From positions 2,303,793 to 2,367,792 of the forward strand of contig MU053493.1 of NCBI GenBank assembly GCA_013239625.1: 64,000 bases of DNA, read 5' to 3'. This document shows, piece by piece, positions 51,221 through 63,519 of the stretch. This DNA comes from Lama guanicoe (taxonomy: Eukaryota). Numbering within the stretch: the stretch's first letter is position 1; the number at the start of each line of letters is the position of its first letter. The notes beneath the pieces were generated by a model. It was not told where the DNA came from, ran no database searches, and was given only the letters and a program-made list of their open reading frames with translations. The translations under genes were made by a program, and so were the position numbers.

Positions 51221-53614
51221 TTAATAGTCACTAGAGTAGCAAATGATGCTTGATTTTGTCAGGGTCATTTAAATCCACCACACTTTTTTGACTGCCAACT
51301 GTGAATCTGTGCCACACAAAATTCACATAGAAGGAATCTGCAAAACAGACCCACAACTGCAGTGTGGCCACCGCAGGGACCCCCAGAGCCCAGCTGCATG
51401 GGCCTCCTGCGCACAGACGGGGGTGGGGGGGTGATGTTGATGACGCAGCAAGGGACACCCAAGGGCCAGCCTTGCACGAACACCCGGCTTACGCATGGCG
51501 CTGCTTCTCAGGCAGTCAGAGCTAGTGTGAGAGCCAAGAGACGGCCAGCGCAGCAGGGAAATGAAGGAGCCTGGTCCATCTGACTACGTTTGCAGCACAC
51601 AGGACCCAAGCGTCACTGTAAAACACCATCCCAAACTACATCCGCCACCCCGCAGCACTTGGTCTAGACAGGAAGACCATCCCTGCTGTTGCGGGGCGAG
51701 CCAGGGAAAGGGCCGGCCCCCGGGAACATGGAGCTGTGCCCTCTCCCCCCGTCCTCTGCCCTCCCCCAGTGTTGCACAGAAACGAACTGCACCGAGCGGT
51801 GTTCTGAAGATGTGAGCGCCAGCACTGTCCTAGGAAAGGGCTGGGCACGAGGAACTCCGAGGGAAAACACACGGGAGTGGTACAGCCTGGCAGCCTGTAG
51901 GCATGGGCGGAGTGGCAAGGGGAGGGACGCAGGCCTGGGAAACAGGACCACGGGGAGCACGGGGTTCTTTCCAGGGGTCCCCGCCATCACTAGCACTACA
52001 GCCAAGCCCATGCGGGCTCACAGCCTCATCTGCAAAGCTGCGCTGCTCAACGCCCAGCCTCTAGCCTCTCCCACCCAACAGCGTCACCTGCACACAGAAC
52101 AACCTCCCATCAACCTTACACTTGATTCTTAAAAAGTTGAAAACCACCAGCCAATTTATTTTGAGTCCTGGAAGTCTCCCAGTAGCTGAGTCTTCAGGGG
52201 TAGATATTCTGCCCTGAAGAAGACAGCTCCACCTCTGAGCAGAAACGTGTGCACAGACCCAGAGGGAGACCGCTTTCCTAGCCTTTCCTAGAACCCCGGA
52301 AGCTTCTGATTTGCTTTGGTGATGGTGGGAGTGCTGTCTCCTCACCTCCCTGGTGTCACTCCAGCTCTGCAGACTGTGAAACAGGTGAAACCTGCCTGCT
52401 TTCTGGGGCATGTGTCCTGTGCTAAAAGACTTCCCCTTCTCCAACTCTGACCATTTTTGAGGTGTGCTTTTAAGTGGAACATAAAAGCACGTGTTATCTG
52501 GACGTTAGTAACTTGGTTATTCCTCTATTCGACTTTAGGGAATAAGGCCTACAGGCAGCCTGTCACGGTTTTGATGTTTCACACCGCCTTCCAGCTGTTA
52601 CAGCTGTATTCAGTGGGCAAGAGTGAAACAACACTGGAGAGGGAAGGCGCAGAGCCTACAGCCTCCTTCTGAGTCCTGACTGAGCCTCGGACTCTCCCCT
52701 CCAGGCCTCTGGGCAGTCACACCTCCCAGCCCAGCACAACTGGGAAGAGGCCTGACCTCACCCTACAGGGGAAGGAAGCATGTCCTCGCATCCGTCCAGT
52801 CACTCCTTCTCACTCCCCGTACGCTCACAACAGCAGGCGGTGAACTCAGACCGAGTCCTGAGCGAATTCACAGATGTTATTATCTACTTCTCTCCGAGAC
52901 AATGCATCTCCTGAAACCTCTAACCGCAACGCGGGCCCCTCCCTGAGCGCGGGAGGAAAAGGAGGGCAGCCCGCACGCCTGGCGCACACCCGCCAGGACG
53001 AGGCGGCGTTCACGACCCCGTCTGCAGGGCACACGTCACAGGCACATCATTCAGTCTTTCTGGAAAAACCAATCAACACAAGCCCAAAAAGGCCTTGTCA
53101 TCCCATCCCCTGGCAAAACTTCCAACTTACTTTTTAGATCTAAGTGTATCCTTTTAAAGCTGTATTCTCTCTACCAAGTATGTAAAAGGATAAATAAAAT
53201 CTGTCTTTAAACTGGACCCTCCCCCGACAGGTCTAGCAGCCTCAGTGAAAGTGGCCACGAAAGGGCACAGCCTCAGCCTCCCCAGGGCGGCTCCCCCGCT
53301 CCAGGGGCCTCTGTGGGGCAGGCCCTCAACACCGGTGTCAGAGTCTGTCTGCTTTTGTATTTCTGATAAACTGCTTTCTTCTGTAGACGAAGAATTAAAT
53401 GGATGTCAGTGGGAAAAGGTCTTTAAACCTTCTCTTCAAATGATGTCTTAGGAACAAAGCTGTCTTTAAAAATAAGTTTTTAACATTAGAGGTTTTAAAG
53501 TGTATTCTAGAAGAGTTTTCTCTCTGTAGCAAATGACAAATGCTAAGTTCAGAGAGTCCCGAGCATCTAACTCAGTAAAACCCTCATGCTTTTAAACTCA
53601 GAGACAGAAGCGAT

Positions 53615-53885
53615 CTGTGGTGGCTTTGTAATGTCTCAGCTTGGCTGTGCTGAACTCCAGGCCTAGTTATCACTCAAACACTATTGCAGGCCCCAAGGGA
53701 AATGATCAAGACAGGCCCTTTGCAAGAGAACTGAGTGGCTTCCGTGAGCTCAGAAACGGCTCCAAATGTCCCCTCCTGCCCTGCAGACTTAGGACTTGCT
53801 CAGCCAGGCCCCACAACTGCATAAACCAATTCCTCGTGATAAACTGACATCTGTTTTCATTCCTATGGGTTTGTTTTGTGGAAGC
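53615..53885 (+). mobile_element. MLT2-like LTR fragment
   Basis: tgtggtgg...tcagcttggct...ccccacaactgcataaaccaattcct. Confidence 0.6.
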
Positions 53886-54642
53886 AGGAACCCACCTGTG
53901 CCTGTGCGGTTTGGCAGCGTACTCTCAGTACCACGTTTTCTGTCACCTGTGGCTCAACTAGGGAGGAAGAACCAGGAGACACGAGCCCATGTGACAAAAC
54001 CCATGAGAGAGAAAAACAATAAAAAACCCAAGAGACCAGTACACAGGAAGGAGCAGCACGGAACAGAGAGGACGGCCGGGAGTCACGGAACGCGGGTTCG
54101 GCCCTAGCTTTGACCCCGGCTGAGGTGCTCGCTGGATCTTGGTTTCCGCACATCCACCCCTGGACTAGAAATCTCTGATGTCCCTTCAAGCTCAAGTAAT
54201 AAAGGCCAAGTCTTTTCTTGCCTTGGGGGAAAAGCCCAAGTCTTCAGTATCTTCCCTCAAACAACGTTGCTCCCCAGCATACTCCTGCTCTTATATTTGA
54301 AAATCAGAAACAAAAGACTGAAGAGAACCAGCACTGGGAGTGCCGCACAGAAGGGAGAGACAGTTTACTCTCTTCGACCTCAAAACCGTTTGACTTTCAC
54401 CTTTTCTAATGCAAAAGCTTTCTGTATCTGACACTGGAGCTTAAGGACAAAAAAGAATCACACATCCCAGAGCTAGAAAGTACACACACGCTCATCTCGC
54501 AGCCCACGGAAACCGCGTCCTACGTCCTCAGCCATTCTCCATCTAAAGACATTGAACTTCACGTGGTTCACTCCACTTGACGCAATCGAACCTCTGTGTT
54601 TCATCTCATTTTTAAAAGGTGAGTCTGAAAGAAAGAACTCAC

Positions 54643-54870
54643 TTGGAAGAGTAACTGGGAAAATGTGGCGGGTTCTGAGTGTGAACGGGCTTGGCAGGCT
54701 CCGGGAGGTGGCCGGCAGGAGTGTGCGTGGAAGGCTTGCTCTCAAAGCTCCTTCGATCAAAGTAGGAGAGCTGCTTCCGGTAATACTCCTCGTCCTCCTC
54801 GGGGTCGTAGTGATTTGACCGAACAATGTCTTCAGGTGGCTTCATCTGAGGTTTCTGAGGTTCTGGGATC
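54643..54870 (-). CDS. TJP1: TJP1 exon ~23 (228 nt: IPEPQKPQMKPPEDIVRSNHYDPEEDEEYYRKQLSYFDRRSFE...SYSSK)
   Basis: tctcag|GATCCC...TCCAA|gtgagt; lies within ORF 54639..54881. Confidence 0.97.
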
Positions 54871-56030
54871 CTGAGAGACAATGAATGATAAATGGAGTAA
54901 CTTCTTAGACGTTAACTTTACAAAGAAAATGGAACGTGTAAATCTTGCCAGACCTTTCATGGACTGTGACTGTTCAGATCTAGCTGAGCAGTGTGACAGC
55001 TAGGGCAGACACCCCAAATCCCACGTCCACACACACCAGACTCAGCAGGCATCCCTCTCTGCTCCCATGAGTTCACTAGACAGGGGAGCGCTTCCTGATG
55101 TTCCTACAGCAACGTCAACACCAAGTGAAAACCGAGAGAACCTGCGTCCTTTCCACCAGGATCCACAAGCGACCCTTGTATAAGGAGAGAGCTCTACACA
55201 GGAGGCATGGGGGAAGGAAGTGTGAATTAAGGCACTGTTACATATGCTCTGTTAGTAAATTCCAGAAAAACTGCATCGGAAATGGATAAACTTATATAGA
55301 TTTCACACCAAAAAGGGGGGCTAAGCTTTCAGTCATTACAAGTTTGTGCAGAATAGCTCATTTGCTGATGATACTGGCTAAAGGAGACACCACCATAGTT
55401 TGTTTTCACGAGAAGCACCAGACATCACTAAAACAAGAGGAAAACGTACTCGTCAGACAGTCGTCCCTCTATGATGAGCACAGATGTGGACAGATGGAAC
55501 AGTAGACAAAAACTATACTTAAACCCGCCCATGGCCTGGCAGCAGTGTGGCCAGGCCGCGGCTCAGCCCAGCGGGCCAGGGCCCCTGGCTCTCCTGGGGG
55601 TTAACTCCTGCGGCCTCAGCGCCTCTCCCACGTCTCCCTTCGTGCTCACGGAAGGAAGACTTATCAGTCTGTCTCCTCACCCTGAACAGTGACAGTTTGC
55701 ATGGCTGAAAGCACTTCTAGAACTAAAAAAATCCTCCAAATGTTAGGGCCTTAAACATTTTGTTTATGTCATTTGCTGGGAAAATATGTTTTCAACAGAT
55801 GTGTTTATTGAAGAAATAACAGATCTACTGCAGAGGGTGGAAAAAAGCTCTTCACTGTCTCTCTGGAGAAAGTGCCCTGTCACTAGGAGAGCTGATCGAC
55901 TGTCCCAGTACAGGCGAGAGCCTCTGCCTTTCCTCTGTCCCTCTCCTCTCTGGAAAGAGGCCTGATCGCCAACTCCAGGGATCCGATCCCTGGTCGGCTC
56001 CCTGCCATAGGCACCACATTGCATACCCAC

Positions 56031-56128
56031 CTGTACACTGTCTTGTCCTGTTCACTGAACTGGCTCTGAGGCGTGGCTTTTGGACCAGTGACAGGAGCAC
56101 CTGGAGGTTTAGATGCTACCTCTGGAGG
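56031..56128 (-). CDS. TJP1: TJP1 exon ~22 (98 nt: PPEVASKPPGAPVTGPKATPQSQFSEQDKTVYR)
   Basis: ctgcag|CCTCCA...TACAG|gtgggt. Confidence 0.95.
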
Positions 56129-56259
56129 CTGCAGAGAAATCAGAAAGATATGCCTCAGGGACAGATCGAGACCCAACAGGCCTGGCTGGACGGGAGTGCC
56201 CAGAGTGCTGTCACCACCCGGCCTGCACCCAAGGCGGCAGGACACGGCCACGTGCTTAC

Positions 56260-57135
56260 CTTGAAGCTGGAGGGTTGGGCCTCCTCCTTCTTGCTCTCCA
56301 CTGACGCGGACCGCCTGTTCTCAAACATCCTCACTCTCGTGAGCACAGACTGCGGCTTCATCGCGGGGTCCTCTTCCTCTTCAGAGAGAACTGGGGGTGG
56401 AGGCAGTGGTTTGGTGTTTGTGGGTGGCGCTTCTGGCTTCTGCTGAGGGGCGGGGACCAGGGGTGGGACGACGGCAGCACCGTGGAGGGGCTCGTAGTGG
56501 CCCGCTTTGGAAGGAAGCCCTGGCGGCGGGCCCGGCTCGTAGCCCCGTGGGTACTGGTCAAAGTAGGGCTTGGGCTCAGCCGCCCTGGCGCCGGCAGCGG
56601 CGGGGAAGGGCTGCGCTTCAGGCCGGTACCGCCCGGGCCCGTCGTAGCCGGGGGCCGGCTGCTCCTCCTGCCGCAGGGTGGAGGCCCGGGAGGGCGGCTC
56701 AAAGCGGGCTCTGCCCTCGTAGGGCAGCGGGGCCAGCTCCTCAAAGCGCGGGAAGTAGCCGCGCTCAGCGGGTTCTTCGGGGGGCGGCCTGGGGTCAAGG
56801 TCCCGCGGGTGCGGGCCGTCAAGGGCGGGCCGAGGCTGGCGTGGCTGCCTGTCGTCGTAGTAGGCCCACTGCTCTTCGTAAGCAGGGACACGGTCCTCGT
56901 AGCGCAGGCGGGAGTCGTAGCTCCGCGGAAACTGCTCGGTGTAGCTGGAGGACTCGTATCTGTAGGTGGGCGGTTCGGGGTCTCTGCCGGCCTGTTTCTC
57001 CACGTACGGGCCTTGGGGCTCATAGCTCAGGTGGGGCTCCCTGTCTGGCCTCTGCCCGGGGGGGGCCCCCGCCGGCGCCTTCAGAACAGGGTTCTGTCTC
57101 GTCATGTCCTCGGGGTAGGGGTCCTTCCTATACAC
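56260..57135 (-). CDS. TJP1: TJP1 exon ~21 (876 nt, proline-rich/actin-binding region VYRKDPYPE...QPSSFK)
   Basis: tacag|GTGTAT...TTCAAG|gtaagc; lies within ORF 56155..57135. Confidence 0.97.
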
Positions 57136-57610
57136 CTGTAAAGAACACCCACACGTAAGGTCACAGGCTGGTCTCCCGTTCTAGTTTACGTTAAGAGCTC
57201 AAACTACGCATTAATATGTAAAAATGATTATGTTCTACCATTTATACCGGGACAGAAAGATTAGTGGAGGAAGCCAGTTTAAGTGAAAGCTCAAAATTTA
57301 TAACGCAGGTAGGGGCTTTTATGTTTCAGCAAGTACTAAGTGAAAAATGAGCTGAAGATAATCATTAAACTTAGCAGAAAATTAATGCACTGAACTGTTG
57401 ATTCCGCTTGATTTGAACACTGAAAATAAAAATCATAAAGAAAATTTATGGACACCATAATTGACAAAACAAAGTTTACAATGGGTCTGAACTATGCACT
57501 AAGCAATTCTAGAGAATGGTGAAAACCAAAAGATAGAAACAATAAAAAATACCAAGTACAAATCCCACATAAAAGGCCTCCATTTAAATAATCGGTGTAC
57601 CACTGAAAGC

Positions 57611-57616
57611 CATGCA
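57611..57616 (-). promoter_or_regulatory. UGCAUG splicing-regulatory motif about 155 nt downstream of the alpha-exon donor
   Basis: catgca on the plus strand; this is the canonical RBFOX element in an inclusion-promoting position. Confidence 0.6.
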
Positions 57617-57771
57617 AACTACAGAACCGAGATGATCTGTGCTGATTTGAAAGCACGGCGCCGCATGAGCCCAGGGTGAGAGAGCAAAGGAGCACTTAGA
57701 GGGCAAAGCAAAAATGATCAGGTGCCAGATGGATGGAGAGCAACGAGTCAGTGCGCGCTGCACACGGGTAC

Positions 57772-58011
57772 CTCTGCTGGGTCTACATGCGGCGACAATG
57801 ACGGTTCTTGCGCTCTTAGCATTATGTGAGCTGCCTCAGTACTTGGTGCTCTTAAAGGATCGGCTTGTGCTGAGTGAGAGGCGGAGGGAGCAGGGACGGG
57901 CCCCTCCAGTCTGACGTGAGCTAGATTTACAGTGTGGTTAACGGCAGAGGCTGATGATGCTGGGTTTGTCTCAGGCGAAAGGTAAGGGCCTGGAGAGGAG
58001 GCTTCTGCTTT
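57772..58011 (-). CDS. TJP1: TJP1 alternative alpha exon (exon 20; 240 nt, 80 aa: KAEASSPGPYLSPETNPASSASAVNHTVNLAHVRLEG...PHVDPAE)
   Basis: cacag|AAAGCAGAA...GCAGAG|gtaccc; exactly 80 codons, phase 0-0, matching the known ZO-1 alpha domain; missing from the ORF track. Confidence 0.95.
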
Positions 58012-58336
58012 CTGTGAAGTGTTTAAAATATTTTAAATGTAGTGTTTCTGCTCACTGCTTACTTCCCACTGCCATTTTTGGTGGTTGATAGACATACAAC
58101 TCAAGTGTACTGAACCACACAACTAGGACCTCCTGTCCTGAATTTAAGAAAACTTCAGTATACTGCTATGTAAGTGAACACACAAAGTTTATATTAAGTC
58201 CTCGGTATTCTCAAACTGAAATTAAAGGTTAATTCTTAGTCTGGAGAAAGGACAATACATTCTTGAACTCAGTCAGCACATCTTAGAACTTCATAATGCA
58301 CCTCTACCTACAAAACGTTGAATGCTTGCTGCTTAC

Positions 58337-58687
58337 CTGTTGAGAGGCTGTTTTAAATCCAGGGGAGTCTATTCTATGAACTGGCTGAGGCTGCGCTTGT
58401 GGTGAGTAAGGAGGGTAAGTTTGGTTCTCGTGATGCATCCCCGAGGAGTCCTCTCTCACGGGCTCAGAGGACCGTGTGATGGCAGACTCCGGGGGAGTCC
58501 CCGCCTCATCGTTAAGAGTTTCATCTAGTTCTTGATCAGTGTAGGCCCCGCCTTCTGTGTCTGTGTCTTCATAGTCAGAGGTGTGTCTACTGTCCGTGCT
58601 ATACATTGAGTACTCACTACCTGGGGCTGACAGGTAGGACAGACGATCGTCATGCAAATCAAGGTCATCGCTTGTAGCACCGTCCGC
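58337..58687 (-). CDS. TJP1: TJP1 exon ~19, copy B (identical duplicate, 351 nt)
   Basis: Same sequence and splice sites as copy A, offset 556 bp; ORF 58304..58714 has the same translation as 58860..59270. Confidence 0.85.
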
Positions 58688-58892
58688 CTGGGGCAAATAA
58701 AAGTAAATTGACAATTTTATTCAGCAGTTCTTGAAGAGATGGCCTTTATTTCACAAGGGAGATTGAAAAGGAAATTAAAGGTTAATTCTTAGTCCTTAGG
58801 AGAAAGGACAATACATTCTTGAACTCAGTCAGCACATCTTAGAACTTCATAATGCACCTCTACCTACAAAACGTTGAATGCTTGCTGCTTAC

Positions 58893-59243
58893 CTGTTGAG
58901 AGGCTGTTTTAAATCCAGGGGAGTCTATTCTATGAACTGGCTGAGGCTGCGCTTGTGGTGAGTAAGGAGGGTAAGTTTGGTTCTCGTGATGCATCCCCGA
59001 GGAGTCCTCTCTCACGGGCTCAGAGGACCGTGTGATGGCAGACTCCGGGGGAGTCCCCGCCTCATCGTTAAGAGTTTCATCTAGTTCTTGATCAGTGTAG
59101 GCCCCGCCTTCTGTGTCTGTGTCTTCATAGTCAGAGGTGTGTCTACTGTCCGTGCTATACATTGAGTACTCACTACCTGGGGCTGACAGGTAGGACAGAC
59201 GATCGTCATGCAAATCAAGGTCATCGCTTGTAGCACCGTCCGC
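58893..59243 (-). CDS. TJP1: TJP1 exon ~19, copy A (351 nt, phase 0-0, acidic region ADGATSDD...KTASQQ)
   Basis: cccag|GCGGAC...CAACAG|gtaagc; lies within ORF 58860..59270. Confidence 0.93.
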
Positions 59244-62168
59244 CTGGGGCAAATAAAAGTAAATTGACAATTTTATTCAGCAGTTCTTGAAGAGATGGCC
59301 TTTATTTCACAAGGGAGATTGAAAAGGACACTTTTCTTGGGAGAAATCACATCTGTTCTTGAAACTTCTGGTGAGCAAAGTCAAGGCGACTGCACAGGCA
59401 CACATGCAGACACACAGAGCATCCTCTGAGACCTGGCGGGCATGGCTGGATGAGGTCGGCCACGATGAAGTGGACTCCGGAGCCCAGCCCGGAAGACAAG
59501 GAAGGGACCCTGGTGGCACAGGGGTCGGTGGAGCCTGGCTGGTCACGAGCCTGTCGGCCCAGAGCCAGGGAAAGAGGAGAACGCTGCCAAACCTGCTCCC
59601 GGAGACAGACAAACTGACTGACAGAATAGCGCACGTGAGAATAACCACGAAAATTAACGCCACTGCTCAAGCTGAGTAGGAACCAATCACTATCTCTATA
59701 GTATAGGAAACAACTATAAAAAGTCGGTATTTGGCCCAAGAGCCTTTACAAAACACAACAGAAAAGTGTCACCTACGTGCTGGTTGCCTCATTAAATTAA
59801 GAATTTTTAAAAAGTATTTTTGACAGATGTAGCATCCAGTGGATGGGAGAAGTGCAGTTAGGACTGTCTTTCACAATGAATTAAGAGCTGAGGTAGCTTT
59901 CATTTGGCACTGACCACCTTCTGAGTTGATCAGAAAGAAAATGAGCAGCATTTGAGGGGAAGAGACCACAGAGCTGCAGTCAACAGCTGTCACTGGACAC
60001 AAACCTGAAACTTGTGCCTGGACTGGATTAAACAAGAGTCCCTGAAGACCCTGCCCGGACCCTGGGCCAGGAGGCACGAGAGCTTAAGGACAAACACAAG
60101 GCTCAAGGTGCCTGAACCGAGCGCCTCGCTTGCTCTTTAAAGAGCCCACCCCTGAGCACAGCTTCCTGGGTGGGACGGACCGGCCTCCCGGATGGGAAGG
60201 AGTGGCTTCCCGGGGATTCCGGCTTCCAGTGGAGCCACCTGCAGGTTGGGACACCAAGAATCCCAGGGCTCTGCTCTGTTATGGCAAAGTCTCCCGCTGA
60301 AACCTCAACGGCTTCCACGCTGATCTTTAACTATAATCCAGTAGCCAGCCAGGGAAACACTGAAGGCCTTGGGGAGGAATAACCTGGAACTCACGACTAC
60401 GGAACCTTTGCAAAAGTGCGAGCTGTGGAAGTGAGCGAGAACCAGGGTTGCTTAGAACCAGGAATGACGAATGCCTGCGTGTTAAGAAAGCCTCAGGATG
60501 GCTGTTCTTGGTTTGGTAGGGAGCATACAAGGCTGTATCAGATGCTGCAAAAGGAACTCTTCCTAGCAACTCGATCTAAGTACTTAGCTCAGGGAAGTCA
60601 ATGTGAAATGAAGTGGTTTTACTTTAAGAATCTATCTGGATAAAATATATCTGAATGGAAGGAGCGGGCATAAATCAAACTTGATTTAAATTGGAGTAAC
60701 TTTTTCTGATTTAAACAAGTTCATCAATCTATTCTAATAGTAAATGACCTATTAATAAAATTAATTAAAATGACGTATTAAAATTAATTTAAATGATCTA
60801 TTTTCCTTACATAGAAAGTTGGGAGAATTAGACCTTTATTTTAAAATCCAAGCAAAGAAAGGAAGCACACAATATCACGAGGAAAAATCATAGAAAATTA
60901 AGTTTTGTGGATTAAAAAAAAAACTCTCAGATAAGTAGAAAGGTAAACTTTGTGCATTCATAAACTAGTATTATTTCAAGAATCACCAGTGAAAGCTCTT
61001 AACATTCCACCTGTTAAAGGCTGCTACCAGAATTGTGTTTTATAGAGGATGAGTGCGGACAGGACTGTAATCCTTGTCAATCAAATGCCATGAAACTGAG
61101 AATCAGGAACAGTGTGCGGGTGTACGATGGTGTGTCGGTCTACCCCACCAGGACTTGTGTACCACGTGTCCCAGCTGACACGTCAGGTATGCTAGTGGTC
61201 TGATGAGCTCACATGCAGCAGCCACCCCCAGCACGGCTGTGACACGCAACGGCGGGGGACAGTGGTCACCAGCCCTCGAGGTCAGCACTGTCACCCCGCC
61301 CCAGGTGGAGGGCACGTGTGGCCTGCTAAGGGCACGGAGCATGCACTGCGCGGCCCTGCAGCCACAGCCAGGCAGAAGGGAAGATGGGCCATGCGGGGGC
61401 AAAACACAACAAAAATCCAGCTCACAAGGAGACAGAAAAAGCAAAGTAAAAACACACAGATGTTCTCCACCTTGCCTAGACTTTACAGTGATCTGTAAGG
61501 TAAACGACATGAAAAACAAAAGATTCTTTCCACTGTATACTTTGAGAAAATTAACTCTCCCAACAAAACAGGCAGGCTTTTCCCACCAAGGACTGCTACA
61601 AAACCAGAAAGGCTGACAACACAAAGTAGTCCTTTTGAAGCTGGCCATTTGGATGGATATAAAGTCAAAGTTCAAAGCCAAAAGGACGTGCTGTGTTGTC
61701 TAACATTTTCAGCATGTTGTAAGAACGTTCACAGGGGCTTAGGTAGGGCTCAGGGAAATGTCTGCTACTTCACCGCAGGACCTGCGCTGAGCTGGGGGGA
61801 CCACGCTGCTCAAGGGGAGACAGTCTGCGGTCCAGTCTCCCCACCCATCACTGCCTTCAGAGAGCCTGTTCCTCCAGGCAAGTCCTGAGTCCCCTGTGCT
61901 GAGGACAGCACTCTGGGGACCACATATCGAGCCCACCCAACTCCCCTCATTTTCTGAGAGAATACCACTCAAATGGGAATTCTGTGGGGAGGGAAATTTC
62001 AGAATCGCTTATTATCAAAAACAACATTCATAACCCTACACACTGATTATAAAAACCTAAAAGCTAACTCCCAAAAGGACTCTCTGTGTGTTGATCCAAT
62101 TAGAAAACAATGGAGACTCCAAGGCATCTCTGACAAGCTACATAATTTATTGAAAGGAAATGGCTCAC

Positions 62169-62269
62169 CTTCCCCTCTGAAACCCACACCAGCTGGTTCT
62201 GCTGCTGCTGAATCGCTTCTTTCAGCGCTCCGTACCAGCCGTCATTCATGGAGTTTAAGTTAATTGTAG
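62169..62269 (-). CDS. TJP1: TJP1 exon ~18 (101 nt: [33 protein letters not shown])
   Basis: ttttcag|CTACA...GGGAAG|gtgagc; lies within ORF 62100..62312. Confidence 0.97.
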
Positions 62270-62556
62270 CTGAAAAACAGAGCAGCATTGTGGCGTGGTT
62301 AGAACCGTCCATCCAACCTGCCTAGTGGTCAATCACCATCACTGAGTTATCTGAAAGATGGTCCTGGAGGGTAGACACACCCTTTGGAATGTCCACTTTG
62401 GCCCTGGACATTTCTTCTCATCAACAGCAGCTGCTAAAACAATAACCACTCCAGGCAAAGGTCATGTCAGTTTTAATATCTGGACCACACAGCATCTCTG
62501 TCTACAGGCTGTTGCACAGATACTTTAAGCTGAAAGAAAGCCTTTGACACACTCAC

Positions 62557-62767
62557 TTGTGAAAAGATGGTGATTGTTTTTACGAAGTTTATGAGACCGC
62601 TCATACAACTTCCGGGCACTCTTGCGTGATTCAGGACACAACCTCATCCGCATCGTCTTCACACCCTGCTTGGAGTCCGGGTTGAGGAACACCACAATCG
62701 GATACCACTGGGCGTAGTTCAGACGATCAACCGCATTCGGTGTCACATCTAATAAAGCGTGTTTGTC
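62557..62767 (-). CDS. TJP1: TJP1 exon ~17 (211 nt, [26 protein letters not shown]...NNHHLFT)
   Basis: ccag|GACAAA...TTCACAA|gtgagt; lies within ORF 62525..62791. Confidence 0.97.
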
Positions 62768-63386
62768 CTGGAGACACAAACAAGAAAACAAACAAGGGGA
62801 CGAGACACGGCTAACTCAGGAGCACCACCTTCAGAAAGTCACAGCCAAGACTGTGTTCCCACAGTGTCGGACCTTTAACTATGCTCTGAGATGTCTCAGG
62901 GGCACATGTCAGGAAAATGTGTACATAGAAGTTAACTCAATATAATTTCCAGCCCAATTAAAACAAAAGAAAATTCAGCCAGCTCGCTTTTAAGACAGCC
63001 CCAATCCTTGCAAGCTGACAGTGAAAGTAAGTGTAACAACTTAACGTTCCTGACGTGACCTTGTGAATAAGAACACGTTCCCCATCGAGTACACATCAAA
63101 GTGCAACCTGAGCGGGAGTGGAGCAGTATCAGCAGTCTTACTACAGCTGAACACTGCAGACTGTTTTGTGGTGATGAAGGATCACCCTCTAAGGCTTGCG
63201 ATACTAGTCCCCTGAAAATTATTATTATAATTATACTCTTTCAGTAATGGCTTAACTTTCTTATGGTTATATCGGTAATAATTTTAGAAAAACTATCTTC
63301 TACTTTCAATTTAACCAAACCCCATCCCACTGAGAAACACAACACTCACAGCTTACAATGAAACAGGTCAGTTTTCAATCACTTAC

Positions 63387-63469
63387 TTGATCTATTATTT
63401 GCTTTATTGTATGAAGGCGAATGATACCAGAGCTGCGCTGGTCAGTTCCAGCATCGCGGGGTTCACTTT
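63387..63469 (-). CDS. TJP1: TJP1 exon ~16 (83 nt, GUK region: KSEPRDAGTDQRSSGIIRLHTIKQIIDQ)
   Basis: Minus strand gaatag|AAAGTGAA...GATCAA|gtaagt; translated by hand; not in the ORF track. Confidence 0.95.
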
Positions 63470-63519
63470 CTATTCAGGATGCCGCGACAAAAACAAAACA
63501 TCAGTTTCCATGGTTAGAT

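Larger units (their letters stand above)
58218..59328. repeat. Direct tandem duplication of about 555 bp (58218-58770 and 58771-59326/8) spanning a whole exon
   Basis: Copies compared by eye are identical except agtctggag (copy 1) versus agtccttaggag (copy 2) about 25 bp after the junction; 2-bp GA microhomology at the junction. Confidence 0.97.

Noticed and set aside
56397..57158. Plus-strand ORFs of 253 and 219 aa and a 221-aa alternative-frame minus ORF
   Set aside because: Shadows of the GC-rich TJP1 exon
60740..60805. Degenerate ~23-bp AT-rich repeat (aaatga..tatt..aaaattaatt) x3
   Set aside because: Low-complexity slippage product; no spacer structure
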